Shown here: piece after piece, positions 19,124 to 25,062 of the stretch
Layout: every line of letters begins with the position of its first letter
Numbering within the stretch: the first letter of the stretch is position 1
Virus record (IMG/VR): IMGVR_UViG_3300004369_000135
Location: 1-25,062 of that record
Length of the DNA: 25,062 nt
DNA from: a virus
Lineage: Duplodnaviria > Caudoviricetes
Strand: one strand, 5' to 3'
Notes under the pieces: model-generated
Database searches by the model: none
Told to the model about the DNA's origin: nothing
The model's input: the letters and a program-made list of their open reading frames with translations, nothing else
Translations under genes and position numbers: made by a program

Positions 19124-20259
19124 TGGCTGTTGGAGCAACTATTCTTATTAAAAGAACAACGGGGGTAACGACACTACCCACGTTACAATATGGTGAGATT
19201 GCAGTTTCTATTTCCACAGGTTCATTTACCGATGTTGGTGGTAGACTGTGGATTGGTGATCAGGCTGGAAATGCAATTGCTCAAGGTGGTAGATACTATA
19301 CAAATCTTTTAGATGTTGAGCCTGGTGTAACATCTGCTGGCAAAGCGGTCATTTTAAATGGTGATGGTCAGATTAGCAGTCTTGATCTTGTTGGAAATTT
19401 AAGTATTGGTGGGGATCTAACTGTTGGTGGCATAACTAGCTTCACATCTAGTACAGTTAATACCAATGTAATTAGCACAAAACCTGGAACTGGTAATGTA
19501 TTATATCTTGATCCATATCCAACTGATAGCAATGAAGGCACAGTAATTATTAAAGGTAATCTTGAAGTTTATGGTGAAACTAGTAATTTAAATTCTAGAA
19601 CAGTAACTGTTGAAGATCCAATTTTAGCATTAAGTGATCCAACCTCTGTTCGTATTATTGTAGGAAATGTTGGAATTGGCTCTAGCGTACTAGGAGTTGA
19701 CTCTGTTGCTGGTATTAATACTGGTGATGTTCTTAGAGGTGTAGCTGGACTTCCATCAGAAACTTTAAGCACGATTGTTTCTTATGATGAATTAAATAAA
19801 ACTGTCAGCATTGCTGGGACAGTTTCAGCAGGAATTTCATCTGGAACAGAAATCACAATTGCTTATGGGTGGGATACTCAAACAGATAGGGGTATTTCAT
19901 TCACTTACAATGATGATTCTGTTGGATTGGGAACAACTGCAACTAAAACTGGTTTCTTTGGTTTCCAAGATTATAATCAGAAATTTACTTTCATTCCAGA
20001 TGCAACTATTGGCATTACAACATCAACTGGTGTTCGCGGTTATGTAAGTGGAACAAAGGGATATCTTGACATTAAAGGTATCTACTATCAGTTAGAAGAT
20101 ACTAGCACAAATGGCGTTGTGTATTTTGACTCCACTGGTTTGATGAATTCTACTACAGATCCTGCTAGTGGTTTATCGACTTCAAACTATATACTTACAA
20201 CACAACCTGGAACAAATGTCCCTGTTTGGACTACCACTATAGATGGAGGCGCTTATTGA
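19123..20259 (+). CDS. Fibre-like virion protein with an Mtd_N/hyaluronidase-N-like N-terminal domain
   Basis: TAATG coupling with the upstream gene. N-terminus TILIKR...LPTLQYGEIAV...RLWIGD, fibre motifs GNLSIGGDLTVGG, KGNLEVYGET...TVEDPILAL and DRGISF.Y...KTGFFGF, and C-terminal IDGGAY. Confidence 0.7.
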   Translation: MAVGATILIKRTTGVTTLPTLQYGEIAVSISTGSFTDVGGRLWIGDQAGNAIAQGGRYYTNLLDVEPGVTSAGKAVILNGDGQISSLDLVGNLSIGGDLTVGGITSFTSSTVNTNVISTKPGTGNVLYLDPYPTDSNEGTVIIKGNLEVYGETSNLNSRTVTVEDPILALSDPTSVRIIVGNVGIGSSVLGVDSVAGINTGDVLRGVAGLPSETLSTIVSYDELNKTVSIAGTVSAGISSGTEITIAYGWDTQTDRGISFTYNDDSVGLGTTATKTGFFGFQDYNQKFTFIPDATIGITTSTGVRGYVSGTKGYLDIKGIYYQLEDTSTNGVVYFDSTGLMNSTTDPASGLSTSNYILTTQPGTNVPVWTTTIDGGAY

Positions 20260-20260
20260 T

Positions 20261-20452
20261 ATGAATCCTGATGATGTGCAAGTTGATGTCAATGTTTTAG
20301 TAAAAACATTATCCGATAAAATGACATCGTTATATAAAGAAAATGCATTGTTAGAAGCAAAGTTTCAGAGTTTAATTCAAGACTATCATCAAATTCTAGA
20401 AGATAAACGAGAACTTCAAGCTGAAATAGAAAAAATTAAGAGGGAACAATGA
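20261..20452 (+). CDS. Small coiled-coil protein (63 aa), possible fibre chaperone or adaptor
   Basis: The ATG at 20261 lies 1 nt after the upstream TGA, with GGAGG at 20245-20249, so it is preferred over 20243. Heptad pattern LYKENALLEAKFQSLIQDYHQILEDKRELQAEIEKI. ATGA overlap with gp13. Confidence 0.7.
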   Translation: MNPDDVQVDVNVLVKTLSDKMTSLYKENALLEAKFQSLIQDYHQILEDKRELQAEIEKIKREQ

Positions 20453-21252
20453 AACCATCCAGCAGACAAGAATTGATTGATTATTGCCTACGAAAACTAG
20501 GCTATCCTGTGCTGGAAATTAATGTTGACGATGATCAAATTGATGATCTTGTCGATGATGCTCTACAACTTTTCAATGAACGTCACTTCGACGGCATTGA
20601 GAAAATGTACTTGAAATATAAAGTAACCCAAGATGATATTGATAGGGCAAAAGCTACAGAAACTACCTCAAGAACGGTAGGAGTAACAACTTACAGTTAC
20701 GAAGAGCAAAAAAATTATATTGAAATCCCAGATAGTGTTATTGGTGTTGAAGGTATTTTTAGACTAAATGATAGCACACTATCTAGTGGAATGTTTAATA
20801 TTCAATATCAGATTTTCTTGAATGATGTATATAATTTTACATCTATTGAACTTTTAAATTATAGCATGGTTAAGGAATATTTGGAAACTATCAATTTCTT
20901 AATCAATCCTCAGAAAAATATTAGATATACAAAACGTCAAAATAGACTTTACATTGACATGAATTGGACTGAAGTCAATGTAAATACTTATATTGTGATT
21001 GAATGTTACAGAATTCTTGATCCTGCAGATTTCTCAAAAATTTACAATGATTCTTTCTTAAAGTTGTATCTAACATCTTTAATTAAGAAGCAGTGGGGTC
21101 AAAATATGATTAAGTTCCAGGGAGTTAAGCTTCCTGGTGGCATAGAACTAAATGGAAGACAGCTCTATGATGATGCTGTCAATGAATTGGCAGACATCAA
21201 GACAAGGATGTCTTCAGAGTATGAATTACCACCACTAGACATGATCGGATAA
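20449..21252 (+). CDS. gp13: Neck protein gp13
   Basis: SRQELIDYCLRKLGYPVLEINVDDDQIDDLVDDALQ.F.ERHFDG, KKQWGQNMIKFQGVKLPGGIELNGRQLYDDA and C-terminal PPLDMIG. Confidence 0.95.
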   Translation: MKPSSRQELIDYCLRKLGYPVLEINVDDDQIDDLVDDALQLFNERHFDGIEKMYLKYKVTQDDIDRAKATETTSRTVGVTTYSYEEQKNYIEIPDSVIGVEGIFRLNDSTLSSGMFNIQYQIFLNDVYNFTSIELLNYSMVKEYLETINFLINPQKNIRYTKRQNRLYIDMNWTEVNVNTYIVIECYRILDPADFSKIYNDSFLKLYLTSLIKKQWGQNMIKFQGVKLPGGIELNGRQLYDDAVNELADIKTRMSSEYELPPLDMIG

Positions 21253-21258
21253 TAACAG

Positions 21259-22671
21259 ATGGCATTAAATCCATACTTCATTCAAGGAAACTATTCCGAG
21301 CAACGACTTCTGCAAGATCTTATCAACGAGCAGTTGAAGATGTATGGTGTCAATATTGGATACCTACCACGAGGTTATGCAGTTAACGATGGAATACTGC
21401 GAGAGAATATTCTTGCACGGTTCAATGACAATTACTATATGGAAGCTTATGTAGCTTCTTATGGTGGATTTGGTGGTGGTGGAGATTTGCTGACTAAGTT
21501 TGGTGTTCAGGCAAATGATGATTTATCTCTGATTATATCTAAAGAAAAGTATGAAGATTTTATTACTCCATTCCTTGAGGCAGAACTAGATGATGATAAT
21601 CTAAAGATTACAAATAGACCAAAAGAAGGGGACTTAATATATTTCCCATTAACAGATACTCTATATGAAATTAAATTTGTTGAGCACGAAGTAGAATTTT
21701 ACCAACTCAACAATCTATATGTTTATGAACTCAGATGTGAGCCATTCGTATTCGAGGATGAAGTTATTGACACTGGCGTATTTGAAATTGACACCACTGT
21801 TGCTGATAGAGGTATTGATGCTCTATTAACATTGACTGGAATTGCTAATACTGCTGGTGCTGGAACTACTGTTGTTCCTGCAGGAGCAGTAAGTCAGATA
21901 CATTTGATCAACGACGGATATGGATACACATCGACACCAACAATTACATTCTCTGCAGCTCCGTCTGGTGGTCGTACTGCAACAGCAGTTGCTATTACAA
22001 CTAGTAGATCTTCTGTTGGATTCACATCAGCATTGTCAATTGAACGAATAGTATTGACAAATCCTGGTGGTGGTTATACAGCAGCTCCAACAATTTCTAT
22101 CAGCGGTGGCGGTGGAAGTGGTGGTATTGCTACTGCCTCAATTGCTGATGGAACTATTTCCAATATTCAGATTAATAATGCTGGAGCTAATTATTCAGGT
22201 GCTCCGACGATAACTATTGATCCACCTCTATCTGGATCTGGTGTAACTGCGACAGCAGAAGTTGGAATTACAAATGGATTTGTTTCCAACATTTACATTA
22301 CTAATGCAGGAGCTGGTTATACAACCGCACCAAATATCAGCATTTTACCTCCAGGTATTTCTACTGGAAATTATCTATACAATGAAGTTATTACTGGAGA
22401 AACATCTGGTACACAGGCAATTGTTAAGGATTGGGATGCTGTCAATAAGGTTCTAAAGATTTACAGATTGTCTGGAAGATTTACTCCTGGTGAAGTAATT
22501 GTAGGATCTGCAGCAACGTATCATACAGGAATTGGATCAACTGGAAGATACATACTATACACTGCCGATTATTATAATGACGAGGAAAATGCCTCGCAGA
22601 ATGAACTTATTGAAACGGAAGCAGACGGAATATTAGATTTTACAGAAAATAATCCATTCGGAGAATACTGA
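21259..22671 (+). CDS. gp14: Neck protein gp14 with an internal repeat insertion
   Basis: MALNPYF, EQRLLQDLINEQLKMYG, LLTKFGVQANDD, RPKEGDLIYFPL..TLYEIKFVEHE..FYQL, and C-terminal ILDFTENNPFGEY. Confidence 0.93.
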   Translation: MALNPYFIQGNYSEQRLLQDLINEQLKMYGVNIGYLPRGYAVNDGILRENILARFNDNYYMEAYVASYGGFGGGGDLLTKFGVQANDDLSLIISKEKYEDFITPFLEAELDDDNLKITNRPKEGDLIYFPLTDTLYEIKFVEHEVEFYQLNNLYVYELRCEPFVFEDEVIDTGVFEIDTTVADRGIDALLTLTGIANTAGAGTTVVPAGAVSQIHLINDGYGYTSTPTITFSAAPSGGRTATAVAITTSRSSVGFTSALSIERIVLTNPGGGYTAAPTISISGGGGSGGIATASIADGTISNIQINNAGANYSGAPTITIDPPLSGSGVTATAEVGITNGFVSNIYITNAGAGYTTAPNISILPPGISTGNYLYNEVITGETSGTQAIVKDWDAVNKVLKIYRLSGRFTPGEVIVGSAATYHTGIGSTGRYILYTADYYNDEENASQNELIETEADGILDFTENNPFGEY

Positions 22672-23522
22672 TGTTAGGAAATTACTATTATCACCAAATC
22701 ATAAGAAAAACTATCATTGGGTTTGGTACTTTGTTCAATGACATTGAAGTTAGAAAAGAAGACTCTAACGGTAACGTCGTGTCGGCTATGAAAGTTCCTC
22801 TTGCTTATGGCCCAACACAAAAGTTCTTAGCAAGAATTGAACAGCAGCCTGATTTAAATAAGAAAAGAACTATAACTCTCCCAAGACTTGCATTTGAAAT
22901 GAAGGGAATACAATATGACCCTTCAAGAAAAAGCAGTGTAACTCAAACATTTAAAGCGGTTGATAATAATGCAAGACTACAAAAAGTCTTCATGCCAGTT
23001 CCATATAATATCAAATTTCAGCTTTCTATCATGTCTCAAACACAGGAAGATGTGCTTGAGATTATTGAACAGATTCTACCATATTTCCAGCCAGCTTTCA
23101 ATGTAACTATTAACTTGGTTGAATCAATTGGAGAAAAAAGAGATATTCCTATTATCTTGGATTCTGTAGATCCACCAGATGATAATTATGAAGGATCCTT
23201 CGATCAAGGCAGGGTTATTATATATACATTAAACTTCACAGCAAAAACTTCTCTTATTGGGCCTGTTGTTGATTCGGCAGATAAGCTTATTAAGAAGGTT
23301 TCAGTTGATTACTACGGTAACACTACAACAACTGCAAAGCGTGAAGTACGTTATACGGCAACACCTAAGGCGTTGCAAGATTATAACAACGATGGTGTTG
23401 TAAATTCTGCTGATGATCCGTTAGTAGAAGCTGGTGACGATTTTGGATTTAATGAGACTGTTTCATTCTTCCAAGATTTTAAAACTTATAGTCCATCACA
23501 GCAAATAGATGTAGATCTCTAG
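22671..23522 (+). CDS. gp15: Tail sheath stabilizer / tail terminator gp15
   Basis: YYYHQIIRKTIIGFGTLFNDI, KVPLAYGPTQKFLAR, TLPRLAFEM, PVPYNI, EIIEQILPYFQP, RDIPIIL. TGATG coupling to gp14 and GGAG at 22660. Confidence 0.95.
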   Translation: MLGNYYYHQIIRKTIIGFGTLFNDIEVRKEDSNGNVVSAMKVPLAYGPTQKFLARIEQQPDLNKKRTITLPRLAFEMKGIQYDPSRKSSVTQTFKAVDNNARLQKVFMPVPYNIKFQLSIMSQTQEDVLEIIEQILPYFQPAFNVTINLVESIGEKRDIPIILDSVDPPDDNYEGSFDQGRVIIYTLNFTAKTSLIGPVVDSADKLIKKVSVDYYGNTTTTAKREVRYTATPKALQDYNNDGVVNSADDPLVEAGDDFGFNETVSFFQDFKTYSPSQQIDVDL

Positions 23523-23523
23523 C

Positions 23524-23940
23524 ATGAATACTTTCGACAAAATTAGTGACGCTTTAAACGTTGAGTCTGAGGTTGAGTCTTCAGAAATAGTTAAATCTGA
23601 AAAACCAAAAATTATTAAAGTTGAAGAACCTCAGAAAGACTATGAATATACTAGAGGTCAGCTTTATGCCTTGATTGAGAAGGGGCAAGAAGCTGTAGAT
23701 GGTATCTTGGAAGTTGCAACTAGTTCAGATCACCCTAGAGCTTATGAGGTTGCTGGACAGTTAATCAAAAACGTCGCTGATGTTGCTGATAAGTTAATGG
23801 ATCTTCAAAAGAAAATGAAGGATCTTGATGAAAAACATGCAAGACCAACAACAGTAAATAATTCCTTATTTGTCGGTTCCACAGCAGAACTTTCTAAATT
23901 AATTAAGCAAGGAATTCTAAATAATAATAATCAAGATTAA
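23524..23940 (+). CDS. gp16: Terminase small subunit gp16
   Basis: DYEYTRGQLYALIEKGQEAVDGILEVA..SDHPRAYEVAGQLIK and TTVNNSLFVGSTAELSKL. It follows gp15. Confidence 0.95.
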   Translation: MNTFDKISDALNVESEVESSEIVKSEKPKIIKVEEPQKDYEYTRGQLYALIEKGQEAVDGILEVATSSDHPRAYEVAGQLIKNVADVADKLMDLQKKMKDLDEKHARPTTVNNSLFVGSTAELSKLIKQGILNNNNQD

Positions 23941-23943
23941 ATA
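23916..23943 (+). promoter_or_regulatory. Candidate late promoter variants (TCTAAATA at 23916, ATTAAATA at 23936) at the 3' end of gp16
   Basis: Two TAAATA cores upstream of the ATG at 23946. The first, 22 nt upstream, is suitably spaced. Both are imperfect matches in AT-rich DNA. Confidence 0.45.
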
Positions 23944-23945
23944 AG

Positions 23946-24638
23946 ATGGAAGAAAAAGTATCTCCAATCGTAGCAAAAATTTTAGATGAAAAGTGTTGGG
24001 ATGGTTATAAGCAAGAGGGTATGAAAAAGAAAGGGAAGAAAATGGTTCCCAATTGTGTACCTGTGTCTGAAAACATTAAAAGAGTTCAGACTAATGGAAG
24101 AGTTTACACTGTAATGGTAAACTTCTATGGTAAGTATTATACCATTAGATTATTCTTCTCTGGTGCTGAGCAGCCTTCTAGAGAAGAAATAAATACCGCT
24201 GTCGCAAAAATTTATCCGACTGGTAAAGTTCTTGCATATTATCCTGCAATGAACACAGTTGGATCTGATAACTATGTCATTGCAAGAGAAGAGACTGAGT
24301 GCAAACCAGAACCTAAAGGTGGCAACACCACATACGATAGTGCTGAGAAGCGACGCAAAAACTATCTACTAAACATAGGAGTAATTGGTGAAGGAGCCGC
24401 TTGGACAAGAAAAGAAGGACAAAATAAAAAAGGAGGACTCAACGAAAAAGGACGTAAGTCTTACGAAAGAGAAAATCCAGGATCTGACCTTAAAGCACCA
24501 AGCAAAAAGGTTGGAAATAAGCGTAGGGCATCATTCTGCGCTCGAATGAAAGGTATGAAGAAAAAATTGACTTCAGCTAAAACTGCTAGTGATCCAAACA
24601 GCAGAATAAATAAGAGTCTAAGAGCTTGGAACTGCTAA
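23946..24638 (+). CDS. Modular basic protein: CW.GY...PNCVP motif, middle domain and C-terminal DUF6321-like domain; putative internal head protein
   Basis: KCWDGYKQEGMKKKGKKMVPNCVP motif. The C-terminal AAWTRKEGQNKKGGLNEKGRKSY...RRASFCARMKGM...DPNSRINKSLRAWNC matches the recalled DUF6321 pattern. Modules are bounded by Glu. Confidence 0.7.
   Translation: MEEKVSPIVAKILDEKCWDGYKQEGMKKKGKKMVPNCVPVSENIKRVQTNGRVYTVMVNFYGKYYTIRLFFSGAEQPSREEINTAVAKIYPTGKVLAYYPAMNTVGSDNYVIAREETECKPEPKGGNTTYDSAEKRRKNYLLNIGVIGEGAAWTRKEGQNKKGGLNEKGRKSYERENPGSDLKAPSKKVGNKRRASFCARMKGMKKKLTSAKTASDPNSRINKSLRAWNC
24605..24612 (+). promoter_or_regulatory. Candidate late promoter AATAAATA
   Basis: NATAAATA box 27 nt upstream of the ATG at 24640, inside the upstream CDS. 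Confidence 0.45.
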
Positions 24639-24639
24639 T

Positions 24640-24960
24640 ATGAAAAGTTTTAATCAGTTTCTTTCAGAAAGCGTCACAATTAATGGTGACTTTAATGGAA
24701 CATTAAATATTGGCGGTTCATCTTCTCCACAACAGGTTGGAGAAGATTTTGCTGCTGATCTTGTATGGCAAGGTCAACTTTATAGAATGGAATTTAATGC
24801 AAAAGATGGAATTCCAAGTAGAGAAAGATTAGCAGAAGAACTTCAAAGTCAGTATCCTGGTGCAATCGTACATCAAATTTATCCTATCAATTCTGAGTCA
24901 AAAAATATTCAAGTAAAAGATTCTAAGAGATATCATCCAGCAAAACTAGATTGGGTTTAA
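24640..24960 (+). CDS. Hypothetical protein with a T4 internal-protein-like capsid-targeting N-terminus
   Basis: It starts MKSFNQFLSE (compare the T4 IPIII capsid-targeting sequence MKTYQEFIAE). Its C-terminal domain is paralogous to the middle of the upstream protein. Confidence 0.7.
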   Translation: MKSFNQFLSESVTINGDFNGTLNIGGSSSPQQVGEDFAADLVWQGQLYRMEFNAKDGIPSRERLAEELQSQYPGAIVHQIYPINSESKNIQVKDSKRYHPAKLDWV

Positions 24961-24963
24961 TTC

Positions 24964-25062
24964 ATGGCACAGTGGAATAAGAACACACAGGACTTTCTAA
25001 ATCAAGAAAGAACACTTTTTGAAGTCTTTCAAATTGCAGACCACTGGGGAAACCAAACAGAC
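24964..25062 (+). CDS. Hypothetical phage protein, 3'-partial
   Basis: ATG 3 nt after the previous stop, open to the window end: MAQWNKNTQDFLNQERTLFEVFQIADHWGNQTD. It is not in the ORF track because it is truncated. Confidence 0.65.
   Translation, partial: MAQWNKNTQDFLNQERTLFEVFQIADHWGNQTD

Noticed and set aside
1951-19772. Minus-strand ORFs of 60-119 aa (e.g. 4360-4719, 12464-12760, 14813-15115, 17690-17986)
   Set aside because: They are antisense shadows of long, codon-biased + strand genes, with no recognisable motifs or expression signals.
20243-20260. Upstream ATG for the coiled-coil ORF (MEALID extension)
   Set aside because: It lies inside the DGG codons of the previous gene. The ATG at 20261 follows the stop directly and has a GGAGG upstream.
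5823-22456. Short + strand alternate-frame ORFs (5823, 6186, 12085, 16081, 16891, 19811, 22262)
   Set aside because: Leu/Gln-rich translations typical of off-frame reading of the main genes, mostly with TTG starts and wholly nested.
23560-23580. Short tandem duplication GTTGAGTCTGAG-GTTGAGTCT in gp16 (possible pac-related repeat)
   Set aside because: Under two copies of a 12-mer in a variable N-terminal region (VESEVES). There is no evidence for a packaging function.
24188-24195. Internal AATAAATA in the 230-aa gene
   Set aside because: No convincing gene start follows at a suitable distance. Likely a chance match.
1-25062. CRISPR arrays, tRNAs, introns/inteins, homing endonucleases, DGR template/variable repeats, intrinsic terminators
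   Set aside because: Intergenic gaps are 30 nt or less. I saw no long near-identical DNA repeats, RT/LAGLIDADG/HNH/GIY-YIG motifs, or GC hairpins followed by a U-tract.

Overview
AT-rich, densely coding window with every credible gene on the + strand. It is the late (virion structural) module of a T4-like myovirus, most likely a cyanomyovirus (Kyanoviridae-type). Gene order: a giant gp7-like baseplate wedge protein (5'-truncated, open from base 2, at least 3061 aa), gp8, a 2486-aa DUF4815/VrlC-like virion protein, a small conserved coiled-coil protein, and a late-promoter-driven, translationally coupled cassette of four small or fibre-like genes. These are followed by gp13, gp14, gp15, gp16 (terminase small subunit) and at least three accessory genes after gp16. 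T4-type late promoters (NATAAATA) precede gp8 and the fibre/neck cassette. Four observations stand out. (1) The genes after gp16 look like capsid-packaged, prohead-protease-processed proteins: a T4 IP-type capsid-targeting N-terminus, Glu-bounded modules and a shared paralogous domain. (2) By eye, CCGG and GGWCC are completely absent, and every Gly-Pro uses rare Gly codons, suggesting restriction-site avoidance. (3) Two C-terminal DGGx(F/Y) motifs have codons that double as Shine-Dalgarno sites. (4) A YHYH-like domain and a 7-bladed BNR/YCF48-like propeller are embedded in gp7. Family assignments come from recalled motifs and synteny, not from database searches.
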